Source: Thraustochytrium aureum (lineage: Eukaryota). Taken from it: a stretch of DNA of 63,556 bases. Below the pieces are notes generated by a model. That model was not told the origin of the DNA and ran no database searches. It was given only the letters and a program-made list of their open reading frames with translations. The first letter of the stretch is position 1; every line of letters begins with the position of its first letter. Below are positions 24,703 to 36,334 of the stretch, in pieces. Location: contig BLSG01000423.1 in NCBI GenBank assembly GCA_012862495.1, positions 82,377 through 145,932 on the forward strand, given 5' to 3'. A program made the translations under genes and the position numbers.

Positions 24703-27700
24703 TCATAGCTCCTCCCCGGAGCCCCGGAGCACGCGCGGCTCAAGCGCGGAGGCGGCTTTGAGCAAGTCTTCTACGTGCGGGAGACGCGAAAAGTAGTGCA
24801 AAAACCTCCGCCGACTCTTCGCAGCCTCTCGCTCCACCTCCCTGTTGCACATCTGGACGACAAACGGCATGTGGTCCAGCAAGCTCGGGTGCGTCCGCCG
24901 CTGGTTGGCCGTGCCGGAGCCTCCGCGAGACGCTCCTAGCGCAAAGTCACTCAAGCACGCCTCCGCAACCCGCCGAGCCAACTTGAGCCATGCCCGCTGG
25001 CGCTCGTCCAAACCGTCAGGCTCGCCCTGCCGCGGTCGGTGCTCGGTCAGACCCGCTTGTCTCGCTGAAAGCTGGTAGGCCTCTGCGCGCAGTGCCGCGC
25101 GGAGCGGCTCGCCAGGAACGAAGGGGGCCCCCGAAAAATCTGCGACGATGTCGTGGTTTGGCGCCACCCCGCGCTGCCGGCCACGCGAAAGCGGCGGACA
25201 CGTCACAACCTCCAAGAGGGACCGCGTCTCCAAGAGCGTCACAAGTTCCCCGAGGTCCCTGTCGATTGTCGCGCAGGCGTGGCTATTCGTCACCCGTGAC
25301 TCTGGCTCTGGGCCAAGGTCTGCTTTCGCCGTTGCAGGGCCCACGTCGCATGGTTCGGCAGCGAGCTTGTATTCGAAGAATGCGTCGCTCGTGCCCACCA
25401 AGTCGATGGCTGACGCGGATGCAACTCGCTTGCCACATTTGAAACCGAGCTCCAGACGAACCGTGCGCGGCCATGAGCGCGACTTGGCGGCGCGCATTGC
25501 CGCCGTGGGCTTGGCGCCATGCAGTCCCCTCACGTGGCCAGACCTCCCTGCTTTGCCGGGCGGCAACAAAAAATCGTCGTCCTCCTCGTCGTCGCTCTCG
25601 ATTTCGTCCTTGCTGCCTGCCTCCTCGCAAGTTGGGCTGCCGTCCCGTGGCAGAGGCAGGCCAGCGGATCCCAGCGCCTCAAAACCTGGCATGGGCGGAG
25701 TGGTGGCCGACCACGAGCCATCTTCGCTCGCCGAGACGGCCGAACAAGGCCGTCCGCCCACAAGGACGACCGCGTTCGCAACTCCAGGCGGAGCCAAGTT
25801 TTCTCCGGAAATGACCAGCGCAGTCGACCCATGTGCTGGCCCGCTCGCAGGCGCTACTGTGCGAATCACAGGGGCTGGCAAAGCCCAATCCCGCTGGCGC
25901 TTCGCCGCTGGACTTGACGCTGCCAGGGCAAGGAGCGCGTCGTCCAGCAACGTGCTTTGCCCAAGTTCGAGGTGGATACCGTACTCGTCGCGCTGCTCCT
26001 GCAGGTCCGCGTCGGATCCAACAGGAGGGAACATGCAGATGCGGACAGGGTCTGGGATGGTCGTGGGTAGAACCACGTCGTCAACCACGGCGTCAGCTCG
26101 ATGCAGATCCACAACGTGCGGCGTTGGTCGAGGCGGCGAGGAGAGGTCTAAAACCTCTTGCTGCCTCGGCTGGCATTGGCGAGGAGCGCGAGGGGGCGAT
26201 GGAGGAGCAGCATGGCCACAGGGTGGGCCATTCGCGGGAGCGCCGTCGGGCGCCTGCTCGTCGCAGTCTTGCACCTCAACGAACTGGATCTCGGAAGGGG
26301 CGACCGACGCGAGCGCTCGCCTTGGCGACTCGAGCTCAAGCGAGCAGTAGAACTGCAGGTGGTTGAGGCAGGCCCTTGGGTCCCGCTGCTTGAGGCGAGC
26401 GAGAGTCCGAAGCTGCTCAAGAGAAGCGCGCACCCCTTCCGCCAAGCAGACGCACTGGAGCGCCGCAACCAGGTCGTCCATGGAGGGCGGGTCGACGCGC
26501 ATTGTCGCAACGAACGCGTCTTCGACGACAGCAGTCATGTCATGCGGGACCCGGTTGCAAGTAACCACGACGGGGCACCGAGCGCTCGCGACAAGGGATT
26601 TTAGCCACGCGTAAAACCCTTTGTCCTCGTCGAAAACGATGTCAGCCTCGTCGACGAGCACGATCGAGTTGTTGAGAGCAGCCGCGGGGCCAATTACGCG
26701 CGACTGAGTCGCCTCGCCCAGGGTCTGCTTCATTTGCGTCGCAGACCGGAGCTGCCCTGGGTGGGCCTCCACGACCTTGTAGCCAAGACGCGCGGCAGCG
26801 TGGTGTACAAAGGCTGTCTTGCAGGCTCCCGATTGGCCCACGAGAACTTGGATGACTGCGCTTGAGCTGCCCCGCGCCATGCCTGCGCCCCAGCTCGAGT
26901 TGCTCCCGTCTTCGCTATAAAAGCCAAGCCCGGAGTTGGAGTCGACGCCGTACAAAGGGTGTTGCGGGTGCGGAGCTGTCCACGTTGACAGCCAGCGCTC
27001 CAGCTCTGGCATGGCCGAGTCTGCGCCAGTCGCTAGCAGATCACAGCACGGGCCCATGTACCGATCCACCCAAGACTGCCCCGCGTCGCGGCCGGCCTTG
27101 GCCAGCGCAACCGTCGCGAAAGGCCGCGCGAGCGCGCGGTCAGCAAGCCCCAAAGACGCGGCNNNNNNNNNNNNNNNNNNNNNNNNNNNNNNNNNNNNNN
27201 NNNNNNNNNNNNNNNNNNNNNNNNNNNNNNNNNNNNNNNNNNNNNNNNNNNNNNNNNNNNNNNNNNNNNNNNNNNNNNNNNNNNNNNNNNNNNNNNNNNN
27301 NNNNNNNNNNNNNNNNNNNNNNNNNNNNNNNNNNNNNNNNNNNNNNNNNNNNNNNNNNNNNNNNNNNNNNNNGACGTGCGAGCGGGCGCCAAGCCCCCAA
27401 GAGCTCGTCAGTGGCAGCAAGTCGTGCGACGTGATCCGCCCGCGCTGCGCTCGCGAAGGACTCCCAGTCCAATGCGGCCACCTCGCGCGGCGTCAGCACG
27501 GGCCTGGGAATCCCCAGCGGGCCGGGAAAGTGGGGCAGATTCCACCCGCCCTCGGGACTGTATTGCGGGCCAAAAGTGCTTTCGTCCTCGCCCATGGCGT
27601 TGCCCGCAGCGCCGTAGACGCGCCGCTGGCGTGGCATGAAGAACGGGTTGACTTTTCCTGTAACTCTTGGGGCGGGATCCTCGCTGGTTGGCCAGTTCGC

Positions 27701-28598
27701 CCTCCTCCACCACCTGGACAGCCGCGCTGGGCGGGGCGCACGACGTGGAGGCATGGGGGGCCTTTGGCTTTCGAGGCGCGCCAGGCTTTTTCTTGCCCAG
27801 GATCGCAAACGCGTTTCGCGGCGCAGACCTTGGATGGGCTGGGTTCGCGGCGGCGGACGCGGCTACCGCTTCCATGCTATCGTTGTCGGCGTCAACTGTG
27901 ATTACCTCGACTGGGATGATGGTGGGTGGCTCCTCGCTCGACTGCAGCTCCACCACCACTGGGAGCTGGGGCGCGGAGAGGCGGCGCGGGTTTGGACGCG
28001 GCTGCGGATCGGCTCTGCGCGCCGACTTCTTGGACTTGCTTGAGGCAAGAGGGCCCTTGAGCGCCGGCTTGCGCTTGCCGAGAACCGCGAAGGCGCTTCG
28101 TGGCTTGCTAATACGAGGCGGGAAGACGCCGGTGTGCTGCAGCGTGGGCGAAAACCCGAGTTTGGCCAGGTCTTTCCACACTGCGAGGTCACCGGCCCGC
28201 AGGCCTGCATCGGCATAGTTGAGGGCGTACAGCTTGAGAAAACCTGTAAACGTGACGTTGCCCTTGCTGTCAGTTGGAACAACTTTGGAGAGCCCATCGT
28301 AGCTTGAACGGGTCAACTGCTCGCCTTCCGTGCACCTAAACAAGGCAGCAGCTTCGTCAAAGCAGAGGGCCGCGTCCCCGTCCTCGTCGAACCAGTCGAA
28401 CACCATCTTGAGCGCGCGCTGGCATTCGGGCGTGAATTCGACCGCCCCGCTGTCGCCCTGGCCTTGGCATCTCAGCAAGGCCGCGTCGGGCGCGCCGTCC
28501 GGCAGCAGCGCATTCGAGGACGCTTCCTCGGCGCCGAGGCCTTGCGTTGGGGCTGGCGGCGCTGGCGCCTCGCAGTCTGCCATCGCTTCCTGCGCCAT
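24703..28598 (-). CDS. ATAD5: ATAD5/Elg1 (RFC-like PCNA unloader large subunit) with N-terminal EF-hand pair and internal IPT/TIG domain
   Basis: Walker A GQSGACKT, LGYKVVE, LGEATQS, SIVLVDEADIVFDEDKGF, ARCPVVVTCN and C-terminal LDHMPFVVQMC...KSRRRFLHYF are all ATAD5-like. The N-terminal part (ATG 28598) is linked through frameshifts and gap 27163-27372. Confidence 0.82.
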
Positions 28599-28622
28599 CT
28601 CCTCCGGCAGCGCAGCGCGGCG

Positions 28623-28688
28623 GCTCGCTGGCTGGCTCGCTGGCTGGCTCGCTGGCTGGCTGGCTCGCTGGCTGGCTCGCTGGCTGGC
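28623..28688 (-). repeat. (CAGC/GAGC)n microsatellite in the 5' leader of ATAD5
   Basis: gctg/gctc tandem units immediately upstream of ATG 28598. Confidence 0.9.
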
Positions 28689-29002
28689 TTGGACCAAAGC
28701 GAGTCAAAAGCGAAAGAAATCCCCGCTCCGGACCAGCGCCACTCCGCGGCGTTGCGCCGAGGGCCTTCGACAGCGCACGCACGAGGTCGTCAAGTGCCGC
28801 GAGGCGCCCGGCCGGATGGCCCGTCGCGGCGTGTGCTCTGCCGTAGCGTTCGGGGACTAACTAAAATCGATTGATTTTGAAATTGAAAAAAGGTCCTCCT
28901 TTTTGATGGTCATACTCGAGTACACTGTATACTCGCGCGTGATGTGCCTGTTCGCGACGCGTGAGGCCGCTCGGGGCCTGCTGCGACTTGCTGCTCCATC
29001 GC

Positions 29003-29044
29003 CCAGCTCGATCAGTACGTGCGCCAGCTCGATCAGTACGTGCG
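29003..29044 (+). repeat. Exact 21-bp tandem duplication spanning a stop codon
   Basis: ccagctcgatcagtacgtgcg twice (29003-29023, 29024-29044). It duplicates the TGA of the minus-strand gene. Confidence 0.9.
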
Positions 29045-29422
29045 CGGCGTGACGAGGAGCAGCGGGTTGGGCTCCAGGATCGGCTTGAAGTCGAAATAGA
29101 TGGTCTTGGGCTTGGCGTCGTTCGGGTCGTCGACGCCCTCGAAGCCGAGCGAGGCGAGCGAAGCAGAAAAGTCTTCCATTAGGTTCGTGGGGTTGACCTG
29201 GCCCTTGTACAAGCAGAGGTCCTTGACGTGGCCGTGCTTGTCCTGGATGCGGCGGACGATCGAGTGCAGCGGCGCGCTCGCCCGGAGCGTAATCGTCGCG
29301 TTGTCGAACGTCCAGTTGACGAGCTTGAGGCTGATCTTTACCCACCCGTCGTCAGCACTGCGTATCTCAAGCTTCTTGTACGTGGACACGGGCGGCGGCG
29401 CGGCGGCCTTCTTCTTGACCAT
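29033..29422 (-). CDS. Small (129 aa) conserved hypothetical protein with ubiquitin-like beta-grasp pattern
   Basis: MVKKK...WVKISLKLVNW...LHSIVRRIQDKHG..KDLCLYK...SLASLGFEG...IYFDFKP...PLLL. The strand/helix pattern and the 'TLESLG'-like motif fit ubiquitin-like domains. Confidence 0.7.
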   Translation of the reverse strand: MVKKKAAAPPPVSTYKKLEIRSADDGWVKISLKLVNWTFDNATITLRASAPLHSIVRRIQDKHGHVKDLCLYKGQVNPTNLMEDFSASLASLGFEGVDDPNDAKPKTIYFDFKPILEPNPLLLVTPRTY

Positions 29423-30762
29423 CCTCCCGACTCCGCGAACAGCCTCTCGAGCGGCTTGGGCTCCGCGCGCAGCCGGGATCGAGGCGGCGCGCGAGGCAGC
29501 TACAGCTAGCAGCGACCTCGTGCAGCGTCTGCTTCGAGCGCTCCTGCAGCTCCGCCGCGGCCCGCAAGGCTCGGGCACTGCAACGCGGCGAGTAGATCCG
29601 TTTTCGGGCCGGTCATTAATGCACCCCCGTACCTTAGACGCAAGGTGGAGCGCGGATTCGCGCCGAGCTAGCCAGATGTAAGCGAAGCCGTGCCTATAAG
29701 CGACCCGACGGCAGTGCAAAGCGCGACAGAATGGCGCGAGCCGCGAATGCGTCAAAGCCTCGACGCGGCGGGCACAGCGGGCGGNNNNNNNNNNNNNNNN
29801 NNNNNNNNNNNNNNNNNNNNNNNNNNNNNNNNNNNNNNNNNNNNNNNNNNNNNNNNNNNNNNNNNNNNNNNNNNNNNNNNNNNNNNNNNNNNNNNNNNNN
29901 NNNNNNNNNNNNNNNNNNNNNNNNNNNNNNNNNNNNNNNNNNNNNNNNNNNNNNNNNNNNNNNNNNNNNNNNNNNNNNNNNNNNNNNNNNNNNNNNNNNN
30001 NNNNNNNNNNNNNNNNNNNNNNNNNNNNNNNNNNNNNNNNNNNNNNNNNNNNNNNNNNNNNNNNNNNNNNNNNNNNNNNNNNNNNNNNNNNNNNNNNNNN
30101 NNNNNNNNNNNNNNNNNNNNNNNNNNNNNNNNNNNNNNNNNNNNNNNNNNNNNNNNNNNNNNNNNNNNNNNNNNNNNNNNNNNNNNNNNNNNNNNNNNNN
30201 NNNNNNNNNNNNNNNNNNNNNNNNNNNNNNNNNNNNNNNNNNNNNNNNNNNNNNNNNNNNNNNNNNNNNNNNNNNNNNNNNNNNNNNNNNNNNNNNNNNN
30301 NNNNNNNNNNNNNNNNNNNNNNNNNNNNNNNNNNNNNNNNNNNNNNNNNNNNNNNNNNNNNNNNNNNNNNNNNNNNNNNNNNNNNNNNNNNNNNNNNNNN
30401 NNNNNNNNNNNNNNNNNNNNNNNNNNNNNNNNNNNNNNNNNNNNNNNNNNNNNNNNNNNNNNNNNNNNNNNNNNNNNNNNNNNNNNNNNNNNNNNNNNNN
30501 NNNNNNNNNNNNNNNNNNNNNNNNNNNNNNNNNNNNNNNNNNNNNNNNNNNNNNNNNNNNNNNNNNNNNNNNNNNNNNNNNNNNNNNNNNNNNNNNNNNN
30601 NNNNNNNNNNNNNNNNNNNNNNNNNNNNNNNNNNNNNNNNNNNNNNNNNNNNNNNNNNNNNNNNNNNNNNNNNNNNNNNNNNNNNNNNNNNNNNNNNNNN
30701 NNNNNNNNNNNNNNNNNNNNNNNNNNNNNNNNNNNNNNNNNNNNNNNNNNNNNNNNNNNNNN

Positions 30763-31353
30763 ACGTTGAACTCGCCTGCCGAGACGGTCTACAAGCTTGT
30801 GAGCCTCGCCTCGAACTGGCCTAGCTGGGACCCGGACGTGTTCGAGGTGAACGAGCTGAGCTCATTCCCAAGCGACGACTCGACGTCGCTCGTGCACGCC
30901 CGGCTGCGGCCCTTTGTCCCCTTGGACCGCGAGATGGTGGGCACGCGGGTGCTCCCAGGGGAGAGCATCCGGCCGAGGGATTTGTGCCTGCTGTGGCACA
31001 GGACCAGCTCGTTTCGCGAGTATGCGGTCTGCTTGCACTCTGTTGGTTGGAGCGACTGTCCTTCTGCCAAGGGCCACACGCGGGCCCGCTTGCGCTCGTC
31101 GGGCGTATTGCTTGGGCCAAGTATTTCGGAGGACGGGAGCGTTGACGATCGACGCACGGACCTCTGCTTTGTGTTCTTACTCGACATGGGCTCAGCGATG
31201 CCAGAGTATCTACAGCAGTACATCATCGAAGCCAAGTGCGCTTGCATCGACAAGTTGGTCGACATCGTGGCCGCCTCGCAGCCGACCGGAGGAACGTATT
31301 GCCTGGCCCCATTAAATGCGGCAGAGGCGGCGGCGCTGCAGATCGTGCCGTAG
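30763..31353 (+). CDS. START (lipid-binding) domain protein, 3' part
   Basis: PAETVYKLV....WPSWDP, RPRDLCLL, HSVGWSDCPSAKGHTRA...SGVLLGP and LDMGSAMP match START-domain motifs. The 5' end is in the gap. Confidence 0.8.
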   Translation, partial: TLNSPAETVYKLVSLASNWPSWDPDVFEVNELSSFPSDDSTSLVHARLRPFVPLDREMVGTRVLPGESIRPRDLCLLWHRTSSFREYAVCLHSVGWSDCPSAKGHTRARLRSSGVLLGPSISEDGSVDDRRTDLCFVFLLDMGSAMPEYLQQYIIEAKCACIDKLVDIVAASQPTGGTYCLAPLNAAEAAALQIVP

Positions 31354-31484
31354 GTCTGCAGCTGGCTCGTCGAGCTGCGCGGTTGCTTGGAGCGCGCTGA
31401 GCGCTCTGGCGGCCAGGCAGATTCTTGTTATTCTTTGTTGCCCAAAACAACACACAACAACTATGCGTTGGCCGGAAGCGCCTC

Positions 31485-33633
31485 TCACTCTCGTACTTGG
31501 TCAAGGGGTGCGGCCCCGGCAGCTACCTTGGGCGCTCCTAGCCCCTCTTGCTTTTGCATGTGCGCCGCTCGAAGGCGCGCCAAATGCTCGTCCTGATTCG
31601 CAGCGCCAGCGTCCGACTCGCTGGCGACCGCGCTCGGCGGCTCGTCAAGGCGGTTCTGGTTGGAGATGTCGCAGGTCTTGCAGTGTGCGCAAGTCCGCGT
31701 GTTGTGCATCTTGCTGGCGGCGTCGACAAAGTCGGAGGCTTCCCAGCCCTCGCACTTGGGTATCTGGCGCAAAGCGGCGCGGCGCCAGTCTGCGGCGCTG
31801 GAAAAGGCAAAGTGCAGCAGCATGAGATCGCGGAATAGGCCGGCTTTTCCCGGTTCCAGTGGCAGCGCATGCGCTCCACGGCGTCCAGGTCGCGAGAGCA
31901 AATCGCCTCGTCCAGGGCCTTGACGCGCTTGTCCAGGTTCCAGGCCGTCTTGCACGAGCTGCAAATGCAGGTGGCAAGCAGGACAGCCTCCACCTCGCCG
32001 CGGGAATAGAGGTTGCGGAAGCGCTGGTGAATCTTGGCGAANNNNNNNNNNNNNNNNNNNNNNNNNNNNNNNNNNNNNNNNNNNNNNNNNNNNNNNNNNN
32101 NNNNNNNNNNNNNNNNNNNNNNNNNNNNNNNNNNNNNNNNNNNNNNNNNNNNNNNNNNNNNNNNNNNNNNNNNNNNNNNNNNNNNNNNNNNNNNNNNNNN
32201 NNNNNNNNNNNNNNNNNNNNNNNNNNNNNNNNNNNNNNNNNNNNNNNNNNNNNNNNNNNNNNNNNNNNNNNNNNNNNNNNNNNNNNNNNNNNNNNNNNNN
32301 NNNNNNNNNNNNNNNNNNNNNNNNNNNNNNNNNNNNNNNNNNNNNNNNNNNNNNNNNNNNNNNNNNNNNNNNNNNNNNNNNNNNNNNNNNNNNNNNNNNN
32401 NNNNNNNNNNNNNNNNNNNNNNNNNNNNNNNNNNNNNNNNNNNNNNNNNNNNNNNNNNNNNNNNNNNNNNNNNNNNNNNNNNNNNNNNNNNNNNNNNNNN
32501 NNNNNNNNNNNNNNNNNNNNNNNNNNNNNNNNNNNNNNNNNNNNNNNNNNNNNNNNNNNNNNNNNNNNNNNNNNNNNNNNNNNNNNNNNNNNNNNNNNNN
32601 NNNNNNNNNNNNNNNNNNNNNNNNNNNNNNNNNNNNNNNNNNNNNNNNNNNNNNNNNNNNNNNNNNNNNNNNNNNNNNNNNNNNNNNNNNNNNNNNNNNN
32701 NNNNNNNNNNNNNNNNNNNNNNNNNNGAAGCGTTGCCCGCCGCGGGGGCGGGCGAGGCGTTGGCACGTGACCGGTTGAGCTTGCCGCGTTTTGGCCTTCT
32801 GCTGTGGTGCCACGGCAGCCGCGCTTGCGTCGTCTGCCCTGAAGCGAGAGCGCTGGGGCGTCGGCCGCGGCGGAGCGGGTTCGAGGTTTCGCGTTGCGCG
32901 CAGGCGGTCGCGTGCGCTCGGGCGATTTGTCCTTTGCTACGTGTGCTAGGTTTTGCAGGCTGCTTTCGGGCCCTGGCGGTGCCAGCTGCTGTGAGATGCT
33001 AAGCGCGGACAGGTTGCGAGGCAAAAGCTCGCGAAATAGCGACTCGGTCCGCGAGGAGCCCAGCAGCTTGATCAGGCGTTCGTTCTGCTTGTCGCCGAGG
33101 ACCTCGCTGAGCGGCGGCGCGGCCTCTTCGTGGAGCGGCATCGCGTTGGCACGTGTTAGCGGCCTAGATCTCGTCGCACGAGACGCGCTGGCGTTCTCCG
33201 TGCTGATGGCGTTGGCTTGGTCGCCGAAGAGGCTGTCGATCGAGGACACCCTCCCGAGGTTGCCTTGGTTGGACAAGGACGCCAGGCGGACGAGGTAGGA
33301 GGACAGTGTGGCGACGCTCGCATCGCTCCCGGTCCGCGCAGGCTCTGCATTCGGCGCCAAGGTCGACCCTGGTTGGGTCTGTGTCGAGTCGCCGAGGTCG
33401 GAGCTGGACACCACGTCGGCCACCGACTCGTACAGGTCAAAAGCGCTTTGCGCGCGCTCAAGCGCGGCGTTTCCCGCGCATTCTTCGAGAAAGCCGCTTT
33501 CGCCGGCCCTCTGGTCCACGCTGGGCTGCCGCCGAAGCCACGTGAGCACATCTGCGAGCATGTCTTGCGCTTTCGCCGGCGACAGCCCGAGCTCGGACAT
33601 GCTCCTCCTCGCTGCCTCGTTCTGCTCATCCAT
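31485..33633 (-). CDS. Hypothetical protein A: disordered N-terminus plus C-terminal Cys/His domain (paralogue of 36335..37983)
   Basis: ATG 33633 (MDEQNEAARR). After the gap: FAKIHQRFRNLYSRGEVEAVLLATCICSSCKTAW...(frameshift near 31840)...LFRDLMLLH...LRQIPKCEG...MHNTRTCAHCK. Confidence 0.65.
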
Positions 33634-33838
33634 CGCGCCGCCCAGCGCGAGCCTGCCCTGCAGCGCGCAGCGCGATCCTGTAGGGCCCAAACCAGCCTGC
33701 AGGGTCTCGAGAGCGCTTCCTCGCCCGTCCGCGGACAGCACTCAAGGTGGGCACTTGTGGGTCGTGACAGGGGTGACTGGGGCTTGCTGGCCTGGACAAC
33801 CGGTCCGATCCTCGGCGGCCCCTTCGAGCGCGTACCGG

Positions 33839-33840
<2 letters not shown>

Positions 33841-33877
<37 letters not shown>

Positions 33878-33919
33878 GGTGGCGGCTATTGCGGCGGCGG
33901 CGGCGGCTATTGCTGCTGC
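33841..33919 (+). repeat. (CTG)n and (GCG)n trinucleotide repeats upstream of gene A
   Basis: About 12 perfect CTG units followed by GCG-rich units. Confidence 0.9.
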
Positions 33920-35225
33920 GGCTGCTCTTGCGCGTCCCGCGTTCGGAGTCTGCCGCTCGTCGGCTGGCTCGGGTTGCCCGCCACGAGCGGACTACTGAAT
34001 ACCAATACCAGAACGCACATCTTTGCTGTCTTAATACTGTAATTCAATATTATTGGCGCGCACGCGCGATACCTTAGTTGGCGTTGGAGTACTGATAGTC
34101 AAGAGTCGACCGCGCTGACCGCGGCCGAGCTGCGACGCTCCTTCCTTTTTGTTTTCTTTTCGCGCGGTCGATGCTTGTGCTGTCCGCGTGATGAGGCCTG
34201 CGTGGTCATTGCGATGCTTGCCCGGCCCTCGCGAGGCTTGCGCGGCCCCCAGAGGCTTGCAGGCGAGCTCGATCGGCGATGGCGTGCAGAGCCGCCTCAA
34301 AGCGACTCGCGCGATCGTTCCGCGGCTGTGCTTGCCTGGGCACGGAGCAGCGCAGTGCAAGTGCCTGCCACGTCTCCGCGCGAAGGGAGTTCTCAGGGAG
34401 CGCGAGTTGCAGCATGCCGCTCGCTAACCGGTCAACGGATTGGGCTGCCAAGAAAAAAGTTGACCGACAAGGGATCGAGAGGGCTGCCGATCTCTCGAGC
34501 GCGGCGGGCCGGCAACAGATGTTTTAATTAAAAAGATGCGCAGACCTGGAAGCAGCTCCNNNNNNNNNNNNNNNNNNNNNNNNNNNNNNNNNNNNNNNNN
34601 NNNNNNNNNNNNNNNNNNNNNNNNNNNNNNNNNNNNNNNNNNNNNNNNNNNNNNNNNNNNNNNNNNNNNNNNNNNNNNNNNNNNNNNNNNNNNNNNNNNN
34701 NNNNNNNNNNNNNNNNNNNNNNNNNNNNNNNNNNNNNNNNNNNNNNNNNNNNNNNNNNNNNNNNNNNNNNNNNNNNNNNNNNNNNNNNNNNNNNNNNNNN
34801 NNNNNNNNNNNNNNNNNNNNNNNNNNNNNNNNNNNNNNNNNNNNNNNNNNNNNNNNNNNNNNNNNNNNNNNNNNNNNNNNNNNNNNNNNNNNNNNNNNNN
34901 NNNNNNNNNNNNNNNNNNNNNNNNNNNNNNNNNNNNNNNNNNNNNNNNNNNNNNNNNNNNNNNNNNNNNNNNNNNNNNNNNNNNNNNNNNNNNNNNNNNN
35001 NNNNNNNNNNNNNNNNNNNNNNNNNNNNNNNNNNNNNNNNNNNNNNNNNNNNNNNNNNNNNNNNNNNNNNNNNNNNNNNNNNNNNNNNNNNNNNNNNNNN
35101 NNNNNNNNNNNNNNNNNNNNNNNNNNNNNNNNNNNNNNNNNNNNNNNNNNNNNNNNNNNNNNNNNNNNNNNNNNNNNNNNNNNNNNNNNNNNNGCTGGCG
35201 CCTGCAGGGTTCTTAAAAAGAAGCA

Positions 35226-35251
35226 GCTGGCTGGCTGGCTGGCTGGCTGGC
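35226..35251 (+). repeat. (GCTG)n microsatellite
   Basis: About 6 tandem units. Confidence 0.85.
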
Positions 35252-36334
35252 GTGGGTTGCGACGGCCGCGCTCACGTGGTGGCTGTTGCGCGTTCTGCAC
35301 GCGCTGAGCAACAACAGCGAGACTGCCAGCGTGGTCGGCGGCCGTCTTGCCTGCCTGCGTGCCTGCCTGCGTGGTCGGGCGGCCGTCCTGCTGGTGAGCT
35401 GATTCGTCCCACGTTCGCTCTGCACTGCGAGAGATTGATCAGCCTCAGGATGTTCTGCAAAGCACGTTCATCACCGCCGCGTGGACTTGGTTGCACAGCG
35501 AAAGAGTCGGCGCGCGCCAAAGCACAGCTTGTCGCGTTTGCGTGGAAGCCAGGACGGAGGTGGATACCACCAAGGAGGATCCCTTCGTGGCACTGGTAGC
35601 AGTGCCAGGGTCGCACCGCAGCAGCGTTCACCCGCCGCGGCCTGTTCGCGCGGCCGCACAGAGCACTGCGGTCTTCTGGTTCAACTAGACACGAGTAGAG
35701 CAGAATTCAATTCAGATTGCATCAAGTGTTGGAGATAATCGAGTAGAGCGCCGCTCACGTGTCCACTCCACTCCAGAAAGCGGCCTGCGAAACCAACCAG
35801 CGTGAACACCCGTGTGAGTCGTTGACTCGATGCCTGCCAGCGGCGCGCATGCGGGCCCTTGAGGAAGGAAGGCAAGCCTGAGGAGGAGCGGCTCTGCTGC
35901 GAGTCTGCGACACGCCTAGCTAGATGGGACGCCGCACGAGCGGGCTGTTTATGAAACCCGGCGCACTGCTATGGGATTCGCAGGCGTGTTTTCCGGGCCC
36001 CCCCCAAGCAACGCGCGCTCGCGGCAGAGGAGCTACCCGCGTTGTTCGACCGCCATGAAGCGACTTTGCTTGGAAAAACGCGTCTCCGATACAATCTCGA
36101 GAGCAAAACAGCGAAAAGGCAGCGTCGCCCTCACAGTTCCGAAAGCGTTCCGAGCTCGAGCGGCCCAGTTCTCCGTGGCTTCACCAGTCACAGAACGTGG
36201 TCATTTGACAGCTCGAGCTGCGAAGCAAATCCACATCATCGCGTGTACAACTGGTACCAATCCCAGCGCGTGGCCGTCGCGAACAACAAACATATCGCGC
36301 GTAGATCAGCCTTCCCGTCAAGCCCAAAGCGACG

